Assembly (NCBI GenBank): GCA_963809895.1
Contig: CAWELD010000006.1
Coordinates: 1 to 38,900, forward strand
Length of the DNA: 38,900 nt
Direction: 5' to 3'
Origin: an uncultured Gemmatimonadales bacterium
Lineage (GTDB): Bacteria > Gemmatimonadota > Gemmatimonadetes > Longimicrobiales > Gaopeijiaceae
A model generated the notes under the pieces. That model did not search any database. It was not told the origin of the DNA and saw only the letters and a program-made list of their open reading frames with translations. A program made the translations under genes and the position numbers. Every line of letters starts with the position of its first letter. Within the stretch, counting starts at the first letter, position 1. Positions 11,089 to 19,861 of this stretch are shown one piece after another.

Positions 11089-11604
11089 GGGCTCCACCAC
11101 GACCCCATCCCCCGCACCCACATCCCCCTCGCGCTCCACCCTCAGGTAGAACCCCGAGCGTCCGCTCTCGACGAAGCGGGCCATGATGTCGGCCCTCTGG
11201 AAGCGAGCGGCCATCTTCACGCAGGGGAGCCGGGGCTGCGTGACCGCCAGGAGAGTGGAGCCGATGGCCAGGCGGTCGCCCACCTGGACCTGGGACTCGT
11301 CCAGGCCCTCGAGGGTCAGGTTCTCGCCGAAGGCTCCGGGCGGTACGGGCACGCCCAGCTCCTCGGCCCACCGGGCCAGGTGCTCCGCGGGGTAGGCGTA
11401 GACCGCCTTGTCGGGCCCGCCGTGGCGCACGAGATCGGCCTGCCGGTCACCTTCGAGCCCCAGGGTCGTGACCCGGACGCGGCCGCTTCGGGGCTCCTTC
11501 ACGAAGGCGGTCTCGTACGTGCGGCCGCGCCAGCGCAGGGTGCGTACCGTGCCGACGTTGACCGACACGACGCGGGCCTCGCGCACGGGAGGCCCGGAGC
11601 TCAC
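11075..11604 (-). CDS. MOSC domain protein (YiiM-like); 3' end uncertain
   Basis: GTG 11604 overlaps the MBL stop. GLEGDRQADLVRHGGPDKAVYAYPAEH, FGENLTLEG, TQPRLPCVK, GRSGFYLRVEREG. There is no in-frame stop until 10609; the nearest stop (11075) needs a frameshift. Confidence 0.85.
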
Positions 11605-12452
11605 GGCTCGATCCAGGCGCCGTCGTCCGGCGTCACCACCTCCACGCCGCGGGCCTCGGCCAGGCGCCGGAAGGTGGGGAGCGCGTCGGGGGTCTCCTCG
11701 TAGATGCCGGGCACGGATACGCCGTGGTGGATGGGCACGGCCCGCCGGGCGCCCAGGGCGGCGGCCGCCTCGGCTGCGGCGTCGGGGGGCAGGGTGCGGG
11801 CCACCCGCACCGGGGGATCGCCGCCGGGCGTGCTCACGCCGTTGATGGGCATGAAGGCCAGGTCGAAGGGGCCGTAGGTGCGGGCGAAGTCCCACCAATG
11901 GCCGTGCCAGAGCCCGTCGCCGCCGTGAAAGATCTTCAGGCCGGCCACGTGGATCGCCCACGCCACCTGCTCCACCCCCCAGCCGTCCACCCCGGGCAGC
12001 GCGACCAGCGTGAAGGGTCCGATGCTGTGGGGCTGCCACAGCCGCTGGGGCCGTACCCGGAAGCCGTTGGCCGCGGGATCGGGGGCCAGCGAATCCAACA
12101 CCACCACGCCCCCGCTGGCGCCCTCTTCGGCGAACAGCCGCGTGATCACCGCCCGGTCGTAGTGGTCGGTGTGGAGGTGGCTGAGCGCCACGTAACGACG
12201 GGGGGTGTCCGAGGTCACGGGCACGGGCGCGCCGGGAAAGTTGCTCCCGAAGAACGAGGTGTCCTCCCAGGGATCGATGAAGAGCGTGGTGCCCTCGCAC
12301 TCGAGCCGCACACCGGCCCAGGAGAGCTTCTGGATGCGGAGCGTGCCGGGGCCGCCCACGGCCCGCGCCCGCGGGGGCGAGCCCAGGGGAAGCGCGAGCG
12401 CGGCCCCGGCCGCGGTGGCGGAGGTCGCCTTGAGCATGGTTCGCCGATCCAT
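11601..12452 (-). CDS. MBL-fold metallo-hydrolase with Tat signal peptide
   Basis: MDRRTMLKATSATAAGAALAL...ARA twin-arginine leader. SHLHTDH, FHGGD and PIHHG metal motifs. Confidence 0.9.
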   Translation of the reverse strand: MDRRTMLKATSATAAGAALALPLGSPPRARAVGGPGTLRIQKLSWAGVRLECEGTTLFIDPWEDTSFFGSNFPGAPVPVTSDTPRRYVALSHLHTDHYDRAVITRLFAEEGASGGVVVLDSLAPDPAANGFRVRPQRLWQPHSIGPFTLVALPGVDGWGVEQVAWAIHVAGLKIFHGGDGLWHGHWWDFARTYGPFDLAFMPINGVSTPGGDPPVRVARTLPPDAAAEAAAALGARRAVPIHHGVSVPGIYEETPDALPTFRRLAEARGVEVVTPDDGAWIEP

Positions 12453-12487
12453 CGTTATCCCCCCTTCCTCGCCGAGTCCTCGGGCCC

Positions 12488-12925
12488 TCACACGTCGACG
12501 TCCAGACGCCGCGCGTAGGGCACGGCCTCACCCAGCTCCAGCGCGCGCCGCAGAATGCGCAGGTACATGGCCCAGCAGTAGCTGGTGGTGGCGTAGTGGT
12601 CGTTGGCCTCGCGCCAGCCTTCGTGGCGGAACTCCAGGCGCGTGTCCTCGCCGGCCTCCCGCAGATCGAACACCACGCGGGTGCCGGCCCAGTCGCCGTC
12701 CGACGCGGTCATCTCCAGCACGAAACGCCGTGGAGGCTCGGCCTCCGCCACCCGGGCCCGCCACTGGTAGTCGGGGCCGAAATCCAGCGCGTACTCCGAG
12801 CCTGCCACGGGCTGGCCCTCCGAGCCCAGCGTCCACCAGCGATCGAGGCCCCCGGGGCTCGCCACGGCGCGGAAGACCTCTGCCATGGGGGCGCGAACGG
12901 GCAGCGCGTGAATGATGTCGGGCAT
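12488..12925 (-). CDS. SRPBCC/AHSA1 domain protein
   Basis: MPDIIHALPVRAPMAEVFRAVASPGGLDRWW...TRLEFRHEGWREANDHYATTSYCWAMYLRILRRALE. Confidence 0.9.
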   Translation of the reverse strand: MPDIIHALPVRAPMAEVFRAVASPGGLDRWWTLGSEGQPVAGSEYALDFGPDYQWRARVAEAEPPRRFVLEMTASDGDWAGTRVVFDLREAGEDTRLEFRHEGWREANDHYATTSYCWAMYLRILRRALELGEAVPYARRLDVDV

Positions 12926-12991
12926 GGCAATCCCTCGAATCTCGGGCAGGTGAAACACGGGCGGGGCGCCCGATAGCGCCCCACGAGGCGA

Positions 12992-13038
12992 ACCAATATC
13001 GTGCAATCTAACCGGAATAGCTAGGGTTAGACGGTGTG
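12992..13038. repeat. Conserved intergenic element copy 1 (core TCTAACC-N11-GGTTAGA, perfect palindrome 13007-13031)
   Basis: 38/47 identical, ungapped, to 16188-16234 (hand alignment). Confidence 0.8.
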
Positions 13039-13070
13039 ATGCGAACGGCGTGTGGCGTGACCCGCGCGAT

Positions 13071-13652
13071 CTAGGGTTGCGCCGCCGGGCCGCAAGGGAG
13101 CGGAGACGTGGCTGCGTGGCGCTCCCAGGTATAGGTGCGGTCCGCGCGCCACTCGCCGTCGGTCCACTGCAGGCTCTCGCCGACGTAGGTGTCCTGGTCG
13201 AGCCGTCTCGTGCGGTGCTTCGTCCGTTGCCGCGTGCCGTTGGACCACCAGAACTCCTGGACCATCTCGGTCGTGTCACCTTCTCGGGCCGTGCCGTGAC
13301 CCATGCCGGTCCCCAGGCCCGTGGCGTGACTCTGGTAGAAGAACGGTCGATTCTCCGCACCGTCCCAGCCCTGGTGGAAGATCCAGACGACGGCGTCAGG
13401 CTGCCCTTCGCGGATCGTCCACAGGCAACCGGTGGCGGAGATGGCCCCGGGGTCCATCCACGTCCGCAATCCGAAGGCCTCGGGCTCGTTCACGCTGCGA
13501 GCCTGGTCCGCGTTGGAGGTCCACCACCAGGTGCCGTCGCGAGTGGCGTACTGCAGGTCTGCGCGATAGGCCTCGAGCTCGGGTGGAGTGCTCTGGCTCC
13601 GAGCTCCTTGGGGGACCACGGCGAACAGGAAGAGCAACAGGGATCGGCGCAT
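13071..13652 (-). CDS. Hypothetical secreted protein
   Basis: Signal peptide MRRSLLLFLFAVVPQGARSQ, followed by a Trp/aromatic-rich beta-strand-like body. Confidence 0.75.
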   Translation of the reverse strand: MRRSLLLFLFAVVPQGARSQSTPPELEAYRADLQYATRDGTWWWTSNADQARSVNEPEAFGLRTWMDPGAISATGCLWTIREGQPDAVVWIFHQGWDGAENRPFFYQSHATGLGTGMGHGTAREGDTTEMVQEFWWSNGTRQRTKHRTRRLDQDTYVGESLQWTDGEWRADRTYTWERHAATSPLPCGPAAQP

Positions 13653-13822
13653 GGGCGGCTCCGTGGGGCGTGGTCTGATGGGTCGATGTGTTCCCGTGTG
13701 TGCAGATTCCGTGGTGAAGGTTGCATCGGCGCTTTGCCGAAAGACTCGGGGCCTCGGACGTATAGTTGCTGACCCTGACCGGGATGCCCGGCACCACTCA
13801 ACTTCGGACGAGGACGACGACC

Positions 13823-14371
13823 ATGAAGCGTTCCCTGACGGCTCTCGCGCTGGCTCTGGCCGCCGCCGTGCCACTTTCGGCCCAGATGGACCACGAGCCC
13901 ATGGGCGACATGCAGCACGGCGCGTCGCTCGCGGCGGTGCGTGGATTGTACCAGACCGTGCGGGGCAACATCGTCGCGTCCGCCGAGCAGATGCCCGAGG
14001 CGGATTACGCGTTCCGGCCCACGCCCGAGGTCCGCTCCTTCGGGCAGCTCATCGGCCACGTGGCCAACGCCCAGTATCTGTTCTGTGCCCCGGTGCTGGG
14101 CGAGACGCCGCCCCGGCTACCCGACGCCGAGCAGTTGACGTCGAAGACCGAGCTCGTGTCGGCCGTGGAGGCGGCCTTCGCATACTGCGACAGGGCCTAC
14201 GAGGTCGATCCCATGAAGGCCGAAGGCCCGCTCAAGTTCTTCGGCCAGGACCACACGGGCCTGTCCGTGCTGGCCTTCAACATGGGCCACGTCTACGAGC
14301 ACTACGGCAACATCGTCACCTACCTGCGCCTCAAGGGCATGGTGCCCCCGTCCAGCCAGCCTCGGGGCTAG
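13823..14371 (+). CDS. DinB-family protein with signal peptide
   Basis: AEQMPEADYAFRPTPEVRSFGQLIGHVA...HVYEHYGNIVTYLRLKGMVPPSS. N-terminal signal peptide MKRSLTALALALAAAVPLSA. Confidence 0.92.
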   Translation: MKRSLTALALALAAAVPLSAQMDHEPMGDMQHGASLAAVRGLYQTVRGNIVASAEQMPEADYAFRPTPEVRSFGQLIGHVANAQYLFCAPVLGETPPRLPDAEQLTSKTELVSAVEAAFAYCDRAYEVDPMKAEGPLKFFGQDHTGLSVLAFNMGHVYEHYGNIVTYLRLKGMVPPSSQPRG

Positions 14372-14416
14372 CCGTTCGCGGCACGGGCGGCTCGCCTGGC
14401 TCCTCGTCTTCGTGGC

Positions 14417-14710
14417 TCATTGCGTTGCCCTGCGCAGAGCCCAGTCGACGGCGAGGGCGCCCAGGACCAGCAGCCCCACCTGGAGGGCATCCGAAAAGGG
14501 CAGCCCCCATCGGGTGGCGAGAGCGCCGACCGGGTCGACCAGGTAGTAGCCGACCACGACAGGTAGGACGACCACCTGGGCGATGGGGCCGAGAGGTACC
14601 AGTCCGAATGCCGTGAGCGTGTAGAACGCCAGCAGGCTCAGCAGCACGACGGTGGTGGGAAAACGGAGAAGCAACGCTGCGGCCAGATGCCCTGGAGATC
14701 GGGTAGGCAT
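14417..14710 (-). CDS. Small hypothetical membrane protein
   Basis: GGAGGAGG RBS before ATG 14710. 97 aa, mostly hydrophobic segments. Confidence 0.65.
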   Translation of the reverse strand: MPTRSPGHLAAALLLRFPTTVVLLSLLAFYTLTAFGLVPLGPIAQVVVLPVVVGYYLVDPVGALATRWGLPFSDALQVGLLVLGALAVDWALRRATQ

Positions 14711-14873
14711 GAACCTCCTCCGTCCGGATCGACGTCCCGCTCGGGTTCGCGCTCTCTTCTGAGTGCAGCGGCCTGGAGCGCGGTTGCACGACCGATGCAA
14801 CCCATGGCCACCGAAGTCGCACGAAGGAGGATGGTCCGGACGTCCCGGGCCAACGGTACAGCGAGGAGCAGGC

Positions 14874-15635
14874 ATGGTCGAGGGTCACTACCCGGCACTG
14901 GTCGCGGGCTACGCCGCGGCGTTGCTTGGCTGGCTGACGCTTGCGCGTCTGTCCTGGGCACCCTGGCCTGCCGGAGAGGTCGTGCGTCTCGACCATCCCT
15001 GGCGATCCCTGGGGAGCGTCCTGGCCGCTCTCGTCGGCGTGATGGCGGTCGGCCAACTCTTCCTGCGTGGCTGGCTGCTGCCTGAAGGGGGGAGCCTCGG
15101 GCCGATCGCCGGGGCGGTGAACCAACTCCTGATCTTCTCTCCGATACTCGCCGTGTTGGTTCTGCTAAAGGAGGGCCGGGACAGCGCCTGGCTCGCTCCC
15201 GGCCGGGTGCCGGCCCGGATTGCCGGCGGCGCGGCATTGGCTCTGCTCGGGCTCCTGGCCTATACGACGCTGCGGAACGGGAGCGATGGCGTCCTGGTGG
15301 TCGTGGCCCGGGTAATCCGCTACCCGAACCTGCCGTTCGCCACCCAGGTCTTCCTCGAGGACGCGACCATCGCCGTGCTCTTCGTCCGGCTCGCGGCCGC
15401 CATCGGTCCCCGGCGGTCCGTGGCCCTCACCGCCGTCCTGTTCGCTGTCGGTCACGTGCCGGCGATGCTCGCTCAAGGCGACCGCCTCGGCGAGCTCCTG
15501 CTGCTACTCCGTGACGCGGCCCTGGGCGCGGCCGTCGTTGCCGTGCTGATGCGCTCCCGTGACGTGCTCTGGTTCTGGTGCGTCCACTTCGTCATGGACA
15601 TGACACAGTTCCCCGCCATCGTCTTCGGCACCTGA
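14874..15635 (+). CDS. CPBP (Abi/CAAX protease-like) intramembrane protein
   Basis: Multi-TM protein with FLED...R, LFAVGH and HFVMD, matching degenerate CPBP motifs. GAGGAG RBS. Confidence 0.7.
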   Translation: MVEGHYPALVAGYAAALLGWLTLARLSWAPWPAGEVVRLDHPWRSLGSVLAALVGVMAVGQLFLRGWLLPEGGSLGPIAGAVNQLLIFSPILAVLVLLKEGRDSAWLAPGRVPARIAGGAALALLGLLAYTTLRNGSDGVLVVVARVIRYPNLPFATQVFLEDATIAVLFVRLAAAIGPRRSVALTAVLFAVGHVPAMLAQGDRLGELLLLLRDAALGAAVVAVLMRSRDVLWFWCVHFVMDMTQFPAIVFGT

Positions 15636-15719
15636 AGGACGGCGCGACGGCCACACCTGATTGAATGCCCGACCCAGTTCTGGGGCGCACCCTTCGCCGA
15701 CGTCGAGCTTCGGGTGGGC

Positions 15720-15870
15720 GGGAGTGCTCGCCGACCTCTTTTCGGTGGTCGAGTTCGAGGCGCTGTCCGAGGGCCGCACCCGGGTGACGGTCTACGGCGT
15801 CGGGTATCGGGACACGCCGGCCCACCAGGCGGTGCGAGAGATGTTCCGCGAGCGAGAAGTTCGGGCGGCT
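15720..15870 (+). pseudogene. C-terminal remnant of an SRPBCC-like protein
   Basis: LFSVVEFEALSEGRTRVTVYGVGYRDTPAHQAVREMFRE, with no N-terminus. Confidence 0.55.
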
Positions 15871-15871
15871 C

Positions 15872-16207
15872 GTGGCGTGGCTGAAGTCTGAGCACGGAGT
15901 CACCCACGGATTCGCGAACCTGATCGTCCACGCTTTCCAGAAGGATGGCGCCGAGCTGTCGGCCGTGGGCGACGTGCCGCTGGTGGACGCGCAGTTCTCG
16001 CCCCCGAAGGCCCATCTGCGCCCCATCTACGACGCGTTGATCGAGCATGTGCGAGAGCTCGGGGGGGGCGCCGAGATCGCGCCGAAGAAGAGCTATGTCA
16101 GTCTGAGGCGGAAGAAGCAGTTCGGGCTCGTGCAGGTCTCGACGAAGTCGCGTGTCGACCTGGGGCTCAACCTCCCCGCCGCGACGGACCAATATTGTGA
16201 AACCTAA
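15872..16207 (+). pseudogene. DUF4287/DUF5655-type protein remnant, truncated at both ends
   Basis: WLKSEHGVTHGFANLIVH followed by LRPIYDALIEHVRELG...APKKSYVSLRRKKQFGLV...RVDLGLNL. It then runs into the AT-rich element. Confidence 0.7.
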
Positions 16208-16234
16208 CCGTAGTAGATAACGTTAGCCGGTGTG
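16188..16234. repeat. Conserved intergenic element copy 2 (CTAACC-N11-CGTTAG), overlapping a candidate promoter TTGTGA-17-TAACGT
   Basis: 38/47 identity to 12992-13038. It ends 41 bp upstream of the permease ATG 16276. Confidence 0.8.
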
Positions 16235-16275
16235 GTTCTGGCAACACACCCTGGAACCGGCTGACGGGAGCGACG

Positions 16276-18685
16276 ATGGAGGGGTTGGGCGACGTCTTGC
16301 GGAGCGCGGCGCGGGGGCTGGTGCGCCGCCCGGTCACCACGCTGGTGGCGGGCACCTGCCTGGCGCTGGGCATCGGGGTCGACACGGGCGTGTTCTCGGT
16401 GGTGGAGGCCGCGCTGCTCCGGCCTCTGCCCTTCGGGGCGCCGGAGCGGCTGACGCTGGTGCAGATGGTGAACGACGAGAACGGGGCGCCGCTGGGGCTG
16501 TCGCCCGACGCATTCGACGCCCTGCGCGGCGATCTCGGCCCGGACTTCGCGCTGGCGGCGGCCCAGCCCGCGGAGTTCGATCTCTCGGGCGACGGCATCC
16601 CGGAGCGGGTCTCGGGCGCCCGGGTCACCCCGGGCTTCTTCGGCGTGCTGGGCGTGGAGCTGGTGGCGGGCGCGCCGTTCGGGACCGACGCGGGCACGGC
16701 CCCGGGTCCCGTGGCCGTGATCTCCGAGCGCCTGTGGCGGACCCGATTCGGGGCCGATCCAGGCGTGGTGGGTCGGGCCTTCCGCCTCGACGGGCGTGGC
16801 TACCAGGTGGTGGGCGTTCTGCCGTCCGAGGCCCGCTATCCCGGCGAGGCCGAGGTGTGGGTGCCCCTGGACCTGGACCAGTTCCAGGGCGTGGCGCGCA
16901 CCAGCGGATTCCTCCTCGTACTGGCGCGCGCCCGCCAGGGGCTGCCCCGGGCCGACGCCGCGGCGCGCATCGTGGCGGCCGGCGAGCGCTACAAGCGGCG
17001 TGAATCCCCGGTGGATCGCCACGCGCTTCACCGCCACCTCGCTCCGGGAGCCCCAGGTAGCCACGGTGCGGCCCGTGCTGCTGGCGGTGGGCGTGAGCGT
17101 GGTGGTGCTCCTGGCCATGGCCTGCCTCAACGTGGCGAGCCTGATGCTGATCCAGGCGCGCCGGGACACGCGCATGATGGCGCTCAGGGCCGCGGTGGGC
17201 GCCGATCCGGGGCGGCTGGTGGCCGAAGAGGCCGTGCGCCATGCGCTGCTGACCCTGGGCTCGGGCGCGCTCGGGGTCGTGGTGTCGATCCCCCTGGTGC
17301 GGTTGTTGGTGTCGTACGCGGTGATCGACGTGCCAGGCTTCGCGGTGGAGCTGAATCTCCGGGTGATCCTGTTTGCCGGGGCACTGGCCCTGCTCGTGAC
17401 CCTGGCCGTGGGGCTGCTGCCGGCACTGGCGGTGGCGAGGGCCGCGCCGGCAGAGCTGCTGGACCGCGCCCGTGGGAGCACCTCCGGCCGCTTGGGACGG
17501 CGGCTCCACAACGGTGTGGTGGCGGGCCAGGTGGCCATGGGGGCCTTCCTGCTGGTGGCGGCGTGGGCCATGACCGCCCACGTGGCGCGGCTCCAGCGGG
17601 GCGATCCCGGCTACCGGGTGGACGACATTCTCACCGCCCGCATCGGCGCCTCCGACGCCCGCTTTCCGGACCTGGACGCCCGCGTGCGCTTCGTCGACGC
17701 GGTCACCGAGCGCCTGGGAGCGCTGCCCGGCGTGGTCTCGGTGGGGGCCACCTCGAGCACCCACGTGGGCGACCTGGAGGTCTACTGGAGCTTCAGCATC
17801 GAGGACCGCCCGCCCACCGACGCCAGCGAGCAGCGGAGCGCGCTCGGGCGCATGGTCGACGCCGGCTATCTGGAGACCATGGGCATCGGCGTGCTCGAGG
17901 GACGGGGCATCGAGCCCGGCGACCGCGCCGACGCCGAGCCCGTGGTGGTCGTGAACCGCGCCTTCGCCGACACCTACTGGCCCGGCGAGCGCGCCCTCGG
18001 CAAGCGCATCAAGCGCCGCACCTGGGATTCGCCCTTCCCCTGGCTCCGGGTGGTGGGCGTAGTGGAGGACGTGCGCGAGCACGACCTGGCCCAGCCCTTC
18101 GTGCCCACCATCTACTTTCCCTACGCGCAGCACTTCACGCCCTCGGGCTCCATCGTGACCCTGGTGCTCCGCACGAGCGGCGAGCCCGGGCGTCTGGCCA
18201 ACGGGGTGCGCCGGGCGGTGGCCGGGGTGGATCCCAACGCCGCGGTCTTCCGCGTGCTCACCATGCGCGAGCGTCTGGGCGAGTCGCTGGGCCAGCGCCG
18301 CCTCGGCGCCGTGCTGCTCGGAAGCTTCGGCGTGCTGGGGCTCGTGCTGTCGCTGGTGGGGATCTACGGCGTCGTATCCGAAGCCGTGGCGCGTCGCCGC
18401 CGCGAGGTGGGCGTGCGGGTGGCGCTGGGGGCCACGCCCTCGCGCGTGTTGAGAGCCATCCTGGGGCAGGCCGCGCTGCTGGCGCTGGTCGGCACCGGTG
18501 CCGCCAGCCTCGCGATCCACCTGGTCACCCCCGGCGCCGAGCGGCTCTTTCCCGGCCTCACCATCGGGGGCCCGCGCATGGCCACCGTGTGCGCCCTGCT
18601 CACCGGGGCGGTCCTCGTCGCCGCCCTGGTGCCCGCGCTCCGGGCCGCTCGCACCGATGTCGTCCGCGTTCTCACGGAGGAATGA
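16276..18685 (+). CDS. ADOP-type duplicated ABC permease, frameshift near 16990-17010
   Basis: The N-half is in the frame of 16276 (LALGIGVDTGVFSVVEAALLRPLPF). The C-half is in the frame of ORF 16796..18685 (CLNVASLML...RRRREVGVRVALGA). Confidence 0.9.
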
Positions 18686-19848
18686 AGATGTCCTGCTCTG
18701 GTATCCCCCGTTCTCAATTCCGCGCCGGGGTGCTCGCGGCGGCCTCGGTGCTGGCGAGCCTGGCGCCGCCGCCACTCGCCGGGCAGCGTCCCACGCCTCC
18801 GCCCTCGATCCCCCCGCCCACCATCACCGAGTACCATCCGCACTCGACGCTGGTGGTGCCCGAGCACCAGGTGCCCCGGGCGCGCTATCCCGCCGTGGAC
18901 TTTCACGGGCACCCGCCCTTTCTGGGCTCGGTCGAGGTGGTGCGGCGCGTGGTGGCGGCCATGGACTCCCTCAACCTCGGGGTCATGATCCAGGCCAATC
19001 CCAGCTCCGGAGCCCGGCTCACACAGCAGATCGAGACCGTGCGCGAGGCCGGCTACGCCGACCGCTTCGTGTTCTTCGCCGCGCTGGATCTGGACGGCAT
19101 CCATCCCGGCTCGGGCGCCGAGATCGCGGCCCAGCTCGAGCGGGACGTGGCCGCGGGCGCCGTGGGTGTGGGCGAGATCATGAAGAGCTTCGGGCTGAGG
19201 CTGAAGAAGGCCGACGGCTCCAGGCTCCGGGTGGACGATCCCGAGCTGGACGCGGTGTGGGAGACCGCCGGGCGTCTGGGGATTCCCGTGTTCATCCACA
19301 CCGCCGATCCCGCCGAGTTCTTCCAGCCCCTGGACTACGACAACGAGCGCTGGCTCGAGCTCGCCACGCACCCCGATCGCCGCTACCAGGACCGCACCCG
19401 CTATCCGTCGTTCGACGAGCTCATGGCCGAGCGGGACCGCATGATCGCCAAGCACCCCGAGACCCACTGGGTGGTGGCGCACATGAGCTGGTACGCCAAC
19501 GATCTGGCGCGGCTCGGCGCGCTCCTGGACCGCTTCCCCAACGTCAGCACCGAGGTCGGGGCCGTGCTCTACGACCTCGGCCGCCAGCCCCGCTACGCCC
19601 GGGCGTTCTTCATCCGCTACCAGGACCGCATCCTCTTCGGCAAGGACCTCTTCGCCCCCGAGGAGTATCCCTGGTACTGGCGCGTCTTCGAGACCGCCGA
19701 CGAGTACTTCGACTACTACCGCGACTACCACGCCTTCTGGAAGCTCTACGGCCTGGACCTGCCCGACGAGGTGCTGCGGAAGGTCTACTACCAGAACGCA
19801 GAGCGGCTGGTGCCGCGGTTGCCGAAGGGGTGGCTGGGGGGGTCGTGA
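18682..19848 (+). CDS. Amidohydrolase family protein (Amidohydro_2-like), exported
   Basis: ATGA overlap with the permease stop. Signal peptide, then VDFHGH, VFIHTADP, VAHMSW, DRILFGKD and LPDEVLRKVYYQNAERL. Confidence 0.9.
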   Translation: MKMSCSGIPRSQFRAGVLAAASVLASLAPPPLAGQRPTPPPSIPPPTITEYHPHSTLVVPEHQVPRARYPAVDFHGHPPFLGSVEVVRRVVAAMDSLNLGVMIQANPSSGARLTQQIETVREAGYADRFVFFAALDLDGIHPGSGAEIAAQLERDVAAGAVGVGEIMKSFGLRLKKADGSRLRVDDPELDAVWETAGRLGIPVFIHTADPAEFFQPLDYDNERWLELATHPDRRYQDRTRYPSFDELMAERDRMIAKHPETHWVVAHMSWYANDLARLGALLDRFPNVSTEVGAVLYDLGRQPRYARAFFIRYQDRILFGKDLFAPEEYPWYWRVFETADEYFDYYRDYHAFWKLYGLDLPDEVLRKVYYQNAERLVPRLPKGWLGGS

Positions 19849-19861
19849 GGAGGGCGAGCGA

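Noticed and set aside
12963..12982. GGGGCGC/GCGCCCC hairpin as a terminator
   Set aside because: No U-tract on either strand.
13006..13032. Integron attC-like ends (ATCTAAC ... GTTAGAC; a similar pair at 16203-16228)
   Set aside because: Only about 27 bp end to end, far shorter than attC sites. No inner L boxes and no integrase in the window.
16222..16265. Hairpin GTTAGCCGG/CCGGCTGAC next to the RBS as a riboswitch or attenuator
   Set aside because: The 5' arm overlaps the predicted -10 and probably is not transcribed. No recognisable riboswitch motif, and short stems are common at this GC content.
16276..19848. 1190-aa permease-amidohydrolase fusion ORF in the track
   Set aside because: The middle is off-frame Arg/Gly/Pro-rich junk. 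A frameshift near 17000 explains it, and the amidohydrolase has its own RBS, start and signal peptide.
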